A stretch of DNA of 63,554 nucleotides, counting the filler, from Choristocarpus tenellus KU-1152 (Eukaryota > Protista > Phaeophyceae), in NCBI GenBank assembly GCA_964200185.2. It is 9 parts of 9 records of this genome, joined end to end, with 100 filler letters (N's around TTAATTAATTAA, not from the genome) between each part and the next. Parts side by side here need not be neighbours in the genome. Positions count along the whole stretch, not along the records: positions 35,260 to 39,449 come from CAXNAD020015772.1; positions 39,550 to 60,494 come from CAXNAD020000367.1; 7 more parts are not named here. One strand, written 5' to 3'. Positions within the stretch are counted from its first letter, which is position 1, and every line of letters begins with the position of its first letter. Positions 37,240-51,826 of this stretch are shown here, one piece after another. A program made the position numbers and the translations under genes. Under the pieces are notes generated by a model that worked only from the letters and a program-made list of their open reading frames with translations, did no database searches and was not told the origin of the DNA.

Positions 37240-38720
37240 GTCCCACAATACATGAAAATACTAAGAGAGACAAGGGTTTCAAATGCCATATTTCTGAAAA
37301 GTGATAGTGTTCTCAGCCCTTTTCTCCACCTCCAATCGTCCCAGTAGAAATCATTTCCTACAGGTCTCGAAATATCTATGCTCTTATTGGTATGACAGGG
37401 TGTATAGTGTTTGTGCTTACGGTGCAAAATCTACGAGAGCATGTTGCCAGTACCCTGCATTGTTCAATGTTCCAGATGTGCATCGGCTTTGATGCTACCC
37501 ACGGCCTGCATATGACCACTTTCTTTGACAGTTGGAATCGGGTTGCACTCTCATCAAAATTTGAACTCTGATGTCGTACCCAACATTATTCAAAGTTTCA
37601 ATATGTTCCACCCCAGAATTGGATGCCCTGTTCACCACATACCTTCCACCTGATGTCCCACTCATCCCCACACCCATCGAATCAGAAATGGCAACCATCA
37701 GCCTTTAGAGCACAAGAACAAAAAGTGCCGAGAGACTTACCTCTCCATCACCCTTGGTTCTCTTCTAAAATCCGTATCCTGCAGCGAAACCACTGCCGTA
37801 TTCACCTGACCATGACCATAACCGGGGGTCGGAAGGGGTTGGAAGGGGTTGGAAAGGTCCCACCGCTCCATAGGAGGATATGGTGCATGGAAATCGAAGT
37901 AGGAAAGAGTTTGAGGTGTTGGGTGTCGGTTGGGGTTGAAGCTGCACAACATGATAAAGGTGGAGGGCAGAAGTTGGGGATTAGGATAATAGGGGTGAGG
38001 TGAGTACCATTTTGGGATGATAGATAGGGAGGCATATGCCGAGGCAGGTGCTGTGAGTCGCAGAGGATGCGAGAATAGATCTTGAAATTAACTGCCTGGT
38101 GATCATTCCGGCCGATTGATTATGCCAACCCTGAGGAAAGAGGGCTCTGAACAGGGCTACAATGCTCGAATCTCACCCACAATTGCAAAGCATGTTTCTT
38201 TCCAAGGAGAACCCCTTCTTTCCGTTGTTTTTTGCTATAGATATACCCCAGTATCTTGTAGCCGAGAATCAACAGAGAATGAGAGACAAACCCCAAACTA
38301 TAATTTCCAGTGAGACCTGTCGCAAGGTTGGTAATATGTCGTCCCTCTGTGCTCCATAGGCATTCCAACACCAAGACCTGAGAAAATGATCAAAATCGCT
38401 ATGCATACCCATCTCAAGGTACAAAGAGAGGCCACCAGTTTCAAACCCAACTTCTTCATGTAGCTCCTCAATAGTCAAAGTTAATGCCTGTATCTTAGGG
38501 TATACTATGTCTTGTGTTCGGTCTGAGGCTGAACGAAATCTGAGCCCACCTCTTCTTCGCAACAATGTAGATCACGTCCATTGCAGAGCATGGTCGAATT
38601 GGCTTCCACTTTACCCATGCCCTCAACGTGGCTCATGCTACCGATGTCATCTGAATGGACCGATGTCAGGGTGCAGTGAGCAGCAGAGAGGTGCGTATCC
38701 AACAATAAAGCAAAGGTAAG
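37240..38720 (-). mobile_element. Possible highly decayed LTR-retrotransposon (Ty1/copia-like) gag-protease remnant
   Basis: Fragmented minus-strand frames with weak resemblances (LTIEELHEE; TLNNVGYD..SGTLNNAGY..TLYTL) and many stops. No LTR identified. Confidence 0.25.
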
Positions 38721-40246
38721 AGCAACATTGGGCAGAGCATGAGGTAGACTGCAATTGCCATGAGATCAACAAAGGAAGAGGTTGAGGAGAAGCAACGGAG
38801 AGGTGCTGTTGCCCCCATGGTTGGGCCTGAGTTCGCAGGTCACCACGCTTATAGCGCTTTGGTAGATATTTGGATTGACTTTGGTGTCAGCATGTCAAGG
38901 TGTAAGCGCATCACAATGTATCACTGCCCACTGGATATATTGACGGTCAAGTACCTACTTTCCAGGGGTATATCTGATCAATTACAAATTGACTCTTACT
39001 GAGCAGGTCAAATTTGGGCTAAGGTGCACTGGGCATTAGCTCAGGAATTTGGTGCAATAATTGTGACCATGAAAATTGGAAGGAAACATACCTGTTTGTA
39101 GTGTTCTGGACTTGCACTGTTTCCTCAAGTGCACGGGCGTCGTAGTCGATAGCAATGAAGAGCAAATGCAACCTATTACTATGTTATTCTTATTTACTGA
39201 AAGTATAAGGGCATTCCAACGTTCCAAGTTCAGCACTAGTGCTGATACAAATGTGGTGCCAGTACTAGCATCAATGTATGTACAATTGCATGCAATACAT
39301 ACTTTACCTCTGCATCCTATCTCACCTACAACAACAAGCACAGTGTGAGTGTCCAAACACAGAAATGACTCAAAGAATCTTGGGGGGAGGGGGGGAGTGG
39401 CGACTGTCCATTCAGGACCCATTTTTCCATGTCTCGATTTAGGGTGGTTNNNNNNNNNNNNNNNNNNNNNNNNNNNNNNNNNNNNNNNNNNNNTTAATTA
39501 ATTAANNNNNNNNNNNNNNNNNNNNNNNNNNNNNNNNNNNNNNNNNNNNACTTTTTCTGTTTATGGTCCAAATGGACACCAGGGTGTACACCCCCCCCCC
39601 CCCCCCAGATACTTTGGGTCTGTGTCTGGAATAACAAGAATAATAGTCAGAAACAGGAAGAATTTTACTGTCCTTAGGAAAGGGCCGGAAGGATTTTCTG
39701 TACGACATTCCTGAATGCATTCCTTACTGAAACTGACTGTGCCATATCACGAAGTTGGTAGTGCATGGATCACAGATATCTATATTGATTTGCCTGTGAA
39801 TTATATATTTACTTAGCATCTTACTTGGAAATTAGTACTATGACAGTAGATGCCTCCAGAGAATCAAGTTGTCACTCCTATCTACCTCAATTTAATTGGT
39901 TTCCCTTTCTACTTTTAGGGTTATATTTTTTCATTGACCTTGGTCTGGATGTGGCAATGCACAAAGTCTCTTGTCCAGTCACCCTATGACAGTGTTTGTC
40001 AGCAGGTGTGAGCTTTTGTCACCCCTTCTAGCATGAGTGGTGCTTGATTTTCCCAGGGAAAAACATCTTTTGATGTTGCTGTTACTAAACTAGAATACTC
40101 TAGTCCTCCCCATTGATGTTGAAGTGACAAGTCAGGTTGTTTGGTATAACTAAAGCTAACATCCTACAGTGTATATTGTTTTTATGTTCACCCTAGCATA
40201 GGTCAAGGTTTACCAATGATAACTTATTTTTCCAGGCAATGTAATT

Positions 40247-40474
40247 GAGAGGTAGGCAAGGTTGCATTGTAAAGTTCCTGAGAAAAGGCAAAAGATGCCA
40301 TTTTGTACAATTAGAAAGAGCGGTCGCTGAATCGTGGTCTCACTTTGTGTGTACAAAGGAGGAATGCCAACTTTGTGAGCATTACTGTTCATGTAGTGCA
40401 ATAAAATAGGGTCTAATGCACAGGGAAAGAAATATGGCCTAGAGTGCAAAATGACCCAAACCTGTCTACCTCTG
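40247..40474 (+). mobile_element. MITE family D
   Basis: Colinear with 13328-13555; lies in a DNAAF1 intron. Confidence 0.7.
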
Positions 40475-40679
40475 GGTTACCCTGGCTCTTAGATGAATAA
40501 AATAGAGGGTAAAGTAACAATAGGTTCAGGGAAGAATTCCATTCTCACCCCTCATCTACACCGGTAAAGAGAATGCCATGAGTGTTTTGGAGGTGATACC
40601 GAGAGGGAAATTGTTTCGCTATTATTGTACATTGGCGTCTTTCCCTTAGCTGGCACACTTAATGCATATTCTTTAGTAT

Positions 40680-40937
40680 GAGTGAAAGTATCTTAGAGGG
40701 TACGAGTTTTGCCCTGTTTGTCCATTTGGGGCCTGGCTTCCCACGGGTTTTTAATGGCATTTTACCTACTCCAAAATGTTTCAGAGTAGGTAGAATGCAT
40801 ACGTTACGAAAAGGTGAGTCCGCAACAAGGATATTGGCATCTCCTAAAATACATGATAACCAAAACTACATCAAAATTGCAACATTGGATTTGTCCCCCA
40901 AATAGACGTGACTCTACCCTCTAAGATACTTTCACTC
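40680..40937 (+). mobile_element. MITE family B with perfect 23-bp TIRs and a 4-bp TSD (GTAT)
   Basis: gtat|gagtgaaagtatcttagagggta...taccctctaagatactttcactc|gtat. Confidence 0.92.
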
Positions 40938-40974
40938 GTATTTCAAGGACATTAGGGGACAAGTTGGCATGAAC

Positions 40975-41843
40975 CTGTAAGCTGGGGCATTGAAGTACAT
41001 GGCGAAGATCATCTGCGCTCTTGAGGCGGTTGTTGGCCAGTAGCAGTGTAGATATCATGCTGAGATGGCTTAAATTGTCCACTTGCTTGATGTAGTTCTT
41101 GCTGAGGTTTAGCGTGTCCAACTGAAACATTTGAGCGCGTAAAATGATACATATCATGAGTGAAAATGTATGTGCAAAACACCGACCATATTCAGAATTT
41201 TCACGATGCCTTTCAACAGACCAATAAAAGTCCTTGTCGCCTTAAACGCTAGAGTGGAAGCGAGACGACCAACTGAGGGTCTTCGAAAGGTATTGAGGAA
41301 AACCCATGCCTACTTGGTCGTGCAGACACATACACGATAGGATGCAAACAAGCAGAAGTGCGTACGTGGTAGTGAACGAAATGAAGCTGAGACTGCCATG
41401 CAATTCATTGGGATTAATATTTTCGAAAGGGCATGTTGACAAGACTTGCCTTCAACAAGGTTTCGAGCCCCTCAATGTTCTCGATCATGTTTTCTTGCAC
41501 GTATAGAGTCTTCATCTCTACCTGGTTTTCCAACCCTTCAAGCTTTGCGAGTCCATTTCCTTCCAACCATAAGACGCGGAGCCCAGTGTACTCCTCAAGG
41601 TTTTGGATTCGTCGAATCCCCTTGGCACAGAAACGACAATTAGAATACCAGAGTCTCAGGCATTAAGCTTCCTGTGCGTCGCGAAGCATTTAACTTGCAT
41701 TTTTGTTATAGGAGCGAGGGAAGATTTCCGACATGTGATATCCTTACCTTGTAATGCAGGTACAACTTATCATTTAGGGACGGTGTGGAATAGAGGCCGT
41801 TATCAATGCAACTCTTCTTCAGCATTTTCCGAGTAAGTTCCAT
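40975..41843 (-). CDS. DNAAF1: Dynein axonemal assembly factor 1 (ODA7/LRRC50), 5' exons
   Basis: Exons 41843-41748 (MELTRKMLKKSCIDNGLYSTPSLNDKLYLHYK), 41620-41450 (GIRRIQNLEEYTGLRVLWLEGNGL...) and 41121-40975 (LDTLNLSKNYIKQVDNL...). Diagnostic LYxTPxLNDxLYLHYKG..I.NLEEYTGL motif. Confidence 0.93.
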
Positions 41844-42011
41844 CTCCTCCTTTCTCCTCCTTGTCAACGTCTACAAGTGTCTGTCATACATACGCCGTAA
41901 CGATACCTTTTTGGTGTGGGAAGTTACACTTTCAACAGGTCACACGCCTTCGAAGCTCAATCAACATTCCATCCTCATCACCCCACATCAACCACCCTAA
42001 GAACAAGGTTT
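41844..42011. promoter_or_regulatory. 168-bp bidirectional promoter between DNAAF1 and TAP42
   Basis: Head-to-head ATGs at 41843 (-) and 42012 (+). Confidence 0.55.
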
Positions 42012-45000
42012 ATGGCTGCAATGGAGGGCTGCAATGTCCAACCTCTCCCATGGACACTCGAAGGACTCCTGGAGGAGGGTCAAAGGTTGCACTTGAAGGC
42101 GAGCGCCAAGGCAAACCCCATTGCATTTCATGTTGCAGTATCCACGAGGGTGAAGCTTCTGATCCCAATGAAATCGACCTCACTCCTTTAGGTGGATGAT
42201 GCAGACTTCAAGGATGACAGAGAACGGAAGGAAACTACGAGTCGTGCGGAGGTGGTTCTTACAGCCCTACAAGAACGGTTGGCCAGTGAGGGGGTAAGAT
42301 TGCATCGAATGAGGGAAGAATTCACGTCAAGGTCAGAGGATAAACCTTTCCTCTGATTATGCAACTTATCCCACCTGCCTGATATTCGATGGACAGGTAT
42401 TTTCAAAAAACGAGGAGATCGATGACATCTCTACGGATATGCTTCCGATGCTTGCAACTGATTTCTATCTGGGCTCGCTATTACTCAAGCTTCAATTCCG
42501 AGACCCAAGGGTAGGCTCGGAACGAACCCTTGAGTGTGGAAGGGATGGGTGATGTCTTGCTTTTCCATGCTCTTCATACCCTGCACAGCCCGATCATAGT
42601 TTTCCTCGTTGATGCAACCCTCACCTTTTCCCTAGAAACGCAAATCCCAGTGGATTTGGTTTCCTGGGAATACTGAGAAGAATGGTTGAGAACCTCTCTG
42701 GTTTGACGAGCAATTTTTTACATGCCATGCACTCAAACTGTCGTAAATTCGTGTATTGTATTAATAGATGGTAGTGTTTGGTTGAAGAATCTATCCATTT
42801 CATTACAGACTGAAAAATATCTGGGAGTCTGGGAGACTACGATATTTACATATCTTTACCTACTTTCCATGGTTAGCTCAGGTTACACCATGCTACTGGT
42901 TTTGGTGCTTATTATTTTTGCAATATTACTACTTTGACAGAGTCGCCATGCTGTGTTGAGGAGAGCTGAAACACTCCTATCTAATTATCTCGACCTGTGC
43001 GAGCGATTGAGAATTATGGCACGGCCAGACTGCCTTGCCTGGCGTGCTGTCACAACAAGTGCAGCAGATGAATCGGGTGTAGCAGCTGGTGTAGGACGAA
43101 CAGTGACCCGGGAACAGAAGATAGAGCGTTTCAGGTGAGAGGCTGGATCATATCACTCCCCCTTCGTTGGCAGGTGGCTTAAGATTGATTGTTCCTGGCA
43201 CACAAATTCTATAAAGATTATCACTAGTGTTTGTGTGACTGCATGGCTAGTGTTGAAAATAAATCGTTCTAGCTTACAACTTGCTGCACTTATTCCAGGA
43301 GGCAGAAGAAGGCCCGAGAGAGGATAAAGGAGATTGAGGGTGAGCTTAAACTTTTGGAGGCAAAGGTGTGTGCTCATTGTGTCACACTTGCTTCTAAATA
43401 CACCTTGTAATCTATAAACCGGAGATGATTGAATTGGGACAGCTAAGACTAGAACAATGTAGTTGGGGAGCCAGGCCTGTTCAGTAGCCTAAGGCAGTTG
43501 GACCTAAGAGCTCAGGATGGAACATTGTACTCTAATCCACTTCAGGTTTGAACACAGATTGTAAATGGAAAACATTGTCACCAGGATCCTTACAAAGAGA
43601 GATTGGTGCCTTTTGTTAACAATGAAATGTATTTCTTGCTGTTACCAGGAGTTTTGTGAGTTGAGTTGACTAAAGTGCTGAGTAGTACACACAATATCTC
43701 CACAGCTGCCCAGCAATCTTTTAATGGCGTGACACATTCATGAATCAAAGAGTGTTTTGCAAGTATACAGCCATCAGATAATGTTAATCTTTTATGTAAT
43801 ATGCAAGTCTTTGGTGTTGTCTGTGTCCGTTGACTGACCTGCTGATACATCGTTGTAACTGTTTGTCAGGGTGACTGCACAGAGTGGCAGGGGAATGGCA
43901 AGGATGAGGATGTGAGGCGGGAAAGGTCCATGTTGCTTTTGGGAAGTTTTGCAAGTGATGCATTGGATGAGCTCTCTGGTTTGACCAAGGTATCCTTTGT
44001 GTGTTCTGACTGGATGCGGAAGAGAGTCGTGTTGATAGGGTTTGAGTCTTCACCTCGTGAATTTGATGTTATGCAAGGGATCATATGTTGGGAAAAGACA
44101 ATTTCCTTGATCTGGACACACCTTCTGCATCCACAGACTCCTGAAGGAGATCACCTGCATTTTGGCCATGAAAATCGGGTCTGAGGATGAATATTTTTTA
44201 ACCGACCTCACGAACAAATGGCTTGACCTCCCCTCTCACCCTGAAGTGTAGTTTGGCTTATTAGTAGCTATTGTATGGCCTGGTGGAAGGTGAACGCCAG
44301 CAATCGCGTTCCTTAATTGATGAAAGTTTTGAAGCTTAGCCTATACTGCAGTTTCAAGAGCTGCATCCTAGTTTTGCCTTCAGTGTTTTGAATCATTAAT
44401 AGAGTTCTGATAGGGTGAACCTTTGTGGTGGAAGTTGGAAGTAGATGAACAGTGATATGTGGTCTCTGCCCTGCGCTTACTTGTTGTGAGGTGAGAGAAA
44501 CATAGAAATTACTTGTGTTTTAAAGCAGGACAACCCTTAAATTCAAGCTCTCTTGCTCATCACAATACCAAAAAGTTGGACTTTGTTCTGACCATCAAGT
44601 TGGACGATGGATGTCATTGTCTTTGGCTATTGTCAAAGTCAGCCTACCTAATTGTGTGTGATATTCCTTCAAATTCAGCAAGTTAGAATTACTAGGCTTC
44701 AGCACGAGGGGTGAAATCTTTGATGGGATTCAACAGGTACCTGCTCCCACACAGTTTTCTTGTAGAAAGACAACACCAAATACGAGGGATGATTTCTCAC
44801 ATCTGACCCTGATAAGATCACCATGACTCCAAGTCTTTCACAAGACTGAATATGGATATTCCACAATGGGGTCTAACAGGTAGGAAGATAATGTGTGTGA
44901 GTCAGTATTTCACAACGTCACATTACTGGTATGTTCCAAGGGCTTGCAGTGCTGTGGACAGTGAGTGCTGTTTTGAAGGACCCCTCAATGTCAGCTGTTC

Positions 45001-47417
45001 ATTAGCTCTATGTTGACGGTTTCGCACAAAAGACACCTGGGATATCTACCAACACATTTCCTTTGCTGAATCCCTGTTCTGCCAAGTTGAGTTTTGCATT
45101 TCAAGACCGATTTCCTGGAACTCCTTGAATTGTACCTGGAAGTGACTGCACCAAAGTGCCACAGACTGTATGGTGTAGGGTACACAATGAGCTTCCCTGT
45201 GGATATGGCCCTTATGATAGGTTTTGACCCCTTTTATCTTCTGTTTTCAGGAAGTCCTCAACAATCCTGTTTCTTTGATAGTTATCCTGAAAACTAAAGT
45301 TGATTTCTATCGCACTCCTTTCTTCTTCTATACAGGGAGTATGTGACTGACCTTGTACTTGATTATGTACCAAAAGGATAGGCTGCAAAGACAACAATAA
45401 CTAGAGCTTCAGCTACCCTCAATTTACGTTTCTGTATGTTCCATCTCTTTGTTTTGTGTACTTATGGTTGATACCTTTGCTTTTATGGTGAGGTATGATA
45501 TGTCTGTATGTTCTATGTTCTCCCTAGGGTTCGATAGAGTAAGCCTAGTTTTTGAGTGAACAACTCGTGTAATGGAGTAGTTGAAATTTCTTTTGGGATA
45601 CACAAGTTAAAGTTCCAATGATAACCTTTTAAACAACCAGGCCAGTGTCAATGTTTTGAGTTTTTATCTTTTTTGAGAATGATGTTGGGGAATGCTTTAG
45701 TACAGTGTAGAACAAACATGCTGTCGCAGGGGGTGGAAATCAGGTGTGAAACTGTAAAACCGTGCAAGAACATTTGGTTGACTTACAGGTGATAAGGGTA
45801 ATGCAAGACACCATAACTTTAGTACTTGTTGAGATTGGGTTGGGTGCACCATTTACCACTAAATGTGACACAATAAGAAAGGTGAAGGACAATCCCCCTC
45901 ACACTAGTCACTGGCGCTGTTGGAGACTACTTTTAGCTGTGCGAGGAGATTGACAATGTTTGACTATGGACTTCCTGAAGGATATGGGGAGGAGTTAGTT
46001 CTTGGGGTGTACGGACTTGTTTTGCATCAGATTTCTATCCAACTTTAATATTCCCTATCTTCCCAGGCCTTCATTGGCTCAGGGTATGGGATGCCAGCCT
46101 GCCCATTTTATGGTTGTTTCTTCTAGCGAACGAGAGGAAGCAGCAAACATGCTGGGGGAGTAAACTGAATTCTTTAAAAGTGTTACTGCCCTAAAATTGT
46201 TGTCTCCCTTTTCTAGGAGGTGGTCATGGTGCAGCATCTACTTGAAGCTGAAGATAGAGGGGAAGACAGTTTTAGCGTGATGAAAGATGCTCGGAATATC
46301 CAAAATGACATGACTGAAGACAGGATGGGGGGTCAAGGACTCCAGGTGGGTCAGCATTTTGTGCTCATAAATGACACATGAAAGGAAAAAGCTGGATAAG
46401 CAGAACTCACCTATATGTTATTATTGAATGTATTGCGTAAGGTTTACAGTAGATACCTTTGGTGAATCACTCAAGTACCCAAAGTCAGGTAATTTGTGGT
46501 GAAATGTATGGGGATGTTCAGGTGTTTTCATGGATGTAAGTACTATGGTGCTGGTGCCATTACATGAGGTGGAACACAGGGTTGGAAGAAACTTATTCAC
46601 ACTAAGAAATACAATTTAATTTTATTGGAAGTTGTTTTACATAGTGAGATGTGCAGTGAGTTACTGGTGTACCACAGTCAATGCAGGACAGATTGCAGCC
46701 ATTCTGGTTCACCATGATTTAACTTTTGGTTTATTGAAGGAAATTAGCATATTAGAAAGGGCAATAGTTATCAAGAGACTGAACCAGGTCAACCCCACCA
46801 TGTATTGTATTTGGGGTAATAGCTTCTCTACCCCAGAAGAGCACGAACACAATTTGGACGTACCCTCAGCTGGTATTGCAGTCAAGGGCTCAAGTGAGAG
46901 AATGATATATGGTATATGTTGAATGATATATAGTATGTGTTACATTATATGTTTTGTTGCCTTGTAGGTCACTCACATATCATCTTCTCAAGGGCGTTTA
47001 CAAATGCGCAAGGAAGAAGTGCGTGCTGGAGTGTTTAGGCCAACAGTGGAGCTGCCAACTATGACAGTGGAGGAATATGGGGAACTTGAGCTGGAGCGTG
47101 CAAGGCAAAGAGAAGTGAGGATCTTGTGCTTGTGAATGTCACACTTTCATTTTTTTCAGTGAACAGAAGCATTATTTACTGATCCTTGCTAACCTTTTTG
47201 GGATGAAATTTTTGTATGTAATTTGCTTCTGTGCCAGAAAAAAGAACTTGAAAGGACCAAATCAACTCCAATGCGCCGCTATGACCAGCTGGAGGGTGAT
47301 GGTGATGAGGACAATGAGGATTTGGTGGAGGAGGCTGTATACAGAGACCGAAAGTGGGATGATTGGAAGGATGCAAACCCCCGTGGGGCAGGAAACAAGG
47401 CAAATAAAATTATCTGA
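42012..47417 (+). CDS. IGBP1: TAP42/alpha4 (IGBP1) PP2A-family phosphatase regulator
   Basis: Nine exons (42012-42098, 42192-42293, 42397-42510, 42941-43134, 43299-43365, 43870-43989, 46217-46345, 46968-47114, 47238-47417) in frame. Motifs FSKNEEIDDIST, REQKIERF, LPTMTVEEY and WDDWKDANPRGAGN. Confidence 0.93.
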
Positions 47418-47775
47418 ACTGCAAAAGTGATTTTGGTTTGATCAGTGGTCTGCTCTGCAAGCGGACATGGTTATATGAAGGATACATGTCCCTTCTATGT
47501 AGTTCATTTCACCATGGACATATGCACCCAGTGTACTATAGCTGTATAAAAGATGACAAGACAACCACTAGCCCATAGGAGATGTGTCCTTTTGTCATAT
47601 GGGGCACTCTGTTCTTAGCTCAACATATATTTGTCAACTTTTGCAGATTAGGACCATCCCAATAGTTGTCAGTCTAAGATGCTGACACACGAACGTTCAA
47701 ATGCATGTGCTTGCTCTGGTTAACTTGGTTTCCTCATTGTGACGCTCTAGATGCTAATTGCCCTATGTATACGTG

Positions 47776-50700
47776 TCACCGCTGGGTGTAAATATATAGT
47801 TTATTGTTGCCAGCCACAGCAATGATGTTATCCCGAGGATGCCAGGACATATGCAGTATTTTCTTGTCGTACTCTAATGGACTAGCTTCCTCTTTCAATG
47901 ACAAAGGTTCTCTTAATGTCCGCCGTTTCCCCTTCTTGTTGGTTCGCTTGGAGTGGTCCTTGCTGACCTGTGTTGATGTGGCACAGAGATAAATCATTAA
48001 CAAATTGACATGTGAGCAGCACATTCTTACACCTTGGAAGATAGTGTGTTGACTCCTCACCTCAAACAGTGCTTGTGTCTGACCATATCGGTCAAACATG
48101 TGGCACAAGTTGTTGTATGAGCCAGTAAGCACACTGCGGGCATCCCCACTGATGGCGCACTCGAACTTGTCAAATATGCAGTCGTTGTCGTACAGATTAC
48201 ACAACTGGTGTGACACAGGGAATGGCATGCTTCAGGTGTGCGAGAATTATGGGTCATCTTAGAATTGTTCAACTTATGACATGTGCCTCAAATGTCTATA
48301 CTTTTGTTTCCACATTGTGCAACCTCAACCTTTGCTCTTATTGTTGTCAAGAGGTTGATCATCACCTGAGAACGCAGGTGCTCATGCACATTTATTGTCT
48401 TGACGGGTTGTGCTTCCATGTTGGCATCCCACAGTTTGAGAGTCATGTAGTCTCTTGATATGATGTAGCGCCCATCAAGTGTTGTTTTGATGTCGGAAAT
48501 GGATGCTACAATATCAGAAAACACTGATTTGCTTTCCAGGTCAGGTGGTTTCTCCAACACTGTAAGGTAGTTTTGTGTATATTTGGGTGAGAGATATCTA
48601 TGTAGTTTGAGACAGGATTGCATTGTAAGTAAACTGATTAGTGTACAGGGGAAAGCGTACTATTGTTAACATTTGAAATTCTTTGATATGAGGTTGTCAA
48701 TTTTGGTGAGTCTTGGCTGGTAACAATTCTGAATTATTTGGAGCAATGGAATGGGCTATCAACTTTGATGTGAACACATTGTTGGGTAATCTCCTATTGT
48801 CAACATGATAACTACAGGGTGATTGTGGTCCCAAGACCCATTTGAAAGCACTGTACAGATACTATTTGTTCTCAACGTCACACATAGAAAATGTGACTGT
48901 TGAAGAGTGACCTATTATACACAGGAATAAATGAAGTCTGTATACTATTGAATGCCCAACTGACACTCTGTGTGACCAGGTGTATGGTGATGAAACTAAC
49001 TTGTGAAGGTGAAACTAACTTGTGAAGAAGACACGCAAATAACAAATAATGTGTGATGAGGACTGTATAAATTCGGTGTGAACACATGGAGCCCCTAAAT
49101 TTGTTTGAAATGATCAAGAATGTGTGTTAATTGGTGCAAGCTTATGGTTTCAGGCAAAGATGTACTCTAGAGTATTATACTTGGATAAGTTTTTTGGCAC
49201 ACAAGTCAGAGTTCAAGTATGTGCAGTTTGATATATTTTTCAAAGGTGGTAAGATAATTTTGATCATGATTGAAGAAATTCAGTAATCCTACTTGGTAGC
49301 ATTTGTGTATATCTAAAATCAGTATGTTCATGGTGCTTGTACAGATGTCACACCTCAAACGCACGATGCGTCCACACCAGGTTGGAATTGCTGTGAATAC
49401 TTGAAACTTTTTGTATGCATGTGTCTCGATTTGGTGAGTCAAGATCCTGCCTTAATCATGGGACACCAACACTGGATTATGATGGAACATGAACCTACAG
49501 TGGAGATGGCACTCTAGGGTGTACTCTTCACCACAGAACAAATTGCTTACCTATCAATAGTGCAATTTAAAAGGCCAAGATAGAGGAAAGGAATACAAAC
49601 CTTTAGCATGATGATCACAAAGTGCAGATGCACGCATGTCTCCTATCTTTATACACCCCCGGCTGCTGCTGTACATGAACACATTACAGTGTGATGGATG
49701 AAATGTTGCTGATGTGATCACTTCCGTTAGCTCCTCCATGTTCTTTGGCTTCATGTCAACAATATCTGAGATGGAGGGTAACATTCAGGGTTTGTGGAAA
49801 ATGTGCAGTCAACTATCAACAGGAATACGAAAGTAAGATTCAAGCACATCATAAGTGTTCAGGGCGTTCACTGACAAGCACTGAGTGAGGCATGTCTAGT
49901 AGTCTGTGTGCCTGTGTAACTCAAAAACACAGCTCTTGCATTTGCTGTAAATACCCAACTTAATATTGTCATTTTGCGTAACATGCAAGGTCAACATGTC
50001 ATTGATGCCATTGCCTCAACATTTGCATGGGAGTGCCTTGTGTAGTTGCTGCAATATGTAGCTCTGGAGCAGCATTAATGGTCAGACGTTGCTACTGAAG
50101 CAGGAAGGATGCTCACTAAAGCTGTGATCGGTGATCTCCAGGTTCCACAGGTTGATCCTCAGGTCATCAGCTGAGATGAAATGCTCGCCATCGCTATTTG
50201 GATCTATGGAGTTCACATGGTACGCATGTGCATTTGCAAACACCCTCCGAGGGGTGGCATTAATTGTTGCTCCAGTAACCGAAACATGTGGGAGAGCAAG
50301 CACATTAGTGCTTCGATGGGAGGATCCCCTCTCTCTTGAGCAATCCTTTGCCAGGTAGGAAATTTTTTTCACTTGTTTTTCATTGATCTTCCACAGTTTC
50401 ACAGTTTTGTCTGCACAAGTGGGAAGCGGAGGGTCAATGAATATTTTCTACAATCTTCAACAGGAGCATATTTCTGAAGTCTGATACTAAACCCTAGATC
50501 ACTCACAGAAGATTCCTAGCCCTGAGTTCATGATGAGCTATATTAATCTTTTTGTTCAAGGGCAATGCAATGCCAGCTAGAGCTGGACCACTTCTATAGT
50601 GAGAGATCAGAGAAAATATTAGGCATGCCGAAGATTGGAGCTGGTGAAGATACTTCAGTGACAATGAATCCCAACTATGTTGAAGAATGTACCATACCTT

Positions 50701-51826
50701 ATCACACAGACCTCTATTGCAAACTTGTAACACTCGATTAGATCACTTGGCCCCATGCACCAACTCCCTTACAAATTTGGTCAAATGTTGCTCTACAATG
50801 TGGTTTTGGCAAAGCACACTCTTTCAGTATGCCAATGCTTACCATTCGTGGATAACAGGAACAGGGCATTGTTTGCTCGAGGGCACCACTTAATCTGGTT
50901 AATTTTCTCTTCAATCTCGAGACTTTTGAGATAGTCGAAGTCTGCCTCGTGTGACTGGAATTCAGTGTAGAACTTGTAGTCACTTGTCCGCTTTACCTTG
51001 CCACTTGAGCTAACCTGCGGGGGAGGGAATGCCCTGATATTAGAGAGAGCCGGGGGGAGAAGACCCAAGATGCATGAGGAACTGGTCAATGATAACGTTC
51101 AATAATTACGTATTTTGTTATCTGCATGTGGTATCAACAGAGATAACACTCTTCCTGAACTGGATTCTCACGTCCCCTGATGATGGGCGACCTGGTGAGT
51201 AGACGTGTGGGAAGTAAGTCTTGCATGCATGACTTGGAGTTCTTCTGGAAAGTCACAAGAAATCGGTCAGGTCAGCGGTTATTTGGAGGTAGATAAAGCC
51301 TTCTTCTCACCTTTTGTTTACCCGCGCTGCTCTTCTTGAAGATTACAACCCTCCCACCCCTGTCCCCTGTCGCCAGATACTCTCCTGTACTATCAAAATT
51401 AACGGCAGAGAGAATGTCCGCTGCGTCGCAAACGAACAAGAATATGAAAATGGATAAGTGAATTGTTAGGTTTGAATGCCAAGCAGATGTTTCGGACGTC
51501 GATCCTTTCATCCCTTTCCTTCCCTTCGATGTCCTCTTCTTCTCTGTAATGGCAATTGGCGACGCTTAATCCACTGGGTAGAACGAGGTAAGGTTGTACC
51601 AGAAGCTGCTATTTTTCGCACCTTCCGTAACCTCCTTTTCTGATGAACAATCTCCGAAGCATTGACTTAACTTGAACTCCAGAGATGTATCCTCGACCAC
51701 TCCCGTGTCCAACCCCCCAATCATCGGCGGAATTAGCGTTGAGGAGGAGATGTTCTGAGGAGGGGGACGCGGTGGTGGCTCCAGAACGAATGGGGCAAGA
51801 CCATTCCGAGACTTTGACCTCTCCAT
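47776..51826 (-). CDS. PPP2R2: PP2A 55-kDa regulatory subunit B (B55/CDC55)
   Basis: Eight GT-AG exons with hallmark sequences [86 protein letters not shown] and [10 protein letters not shown]. The start may be the ATG at 51826 or slightly upstream. Confidence 0.96.

Noticed and set aside
44950-45300. Weak copia RT-like words (AEQGFSKG..DIPGVF) in a TAP42 intron
   Set aside because: Too degenerate to support without a profile search.
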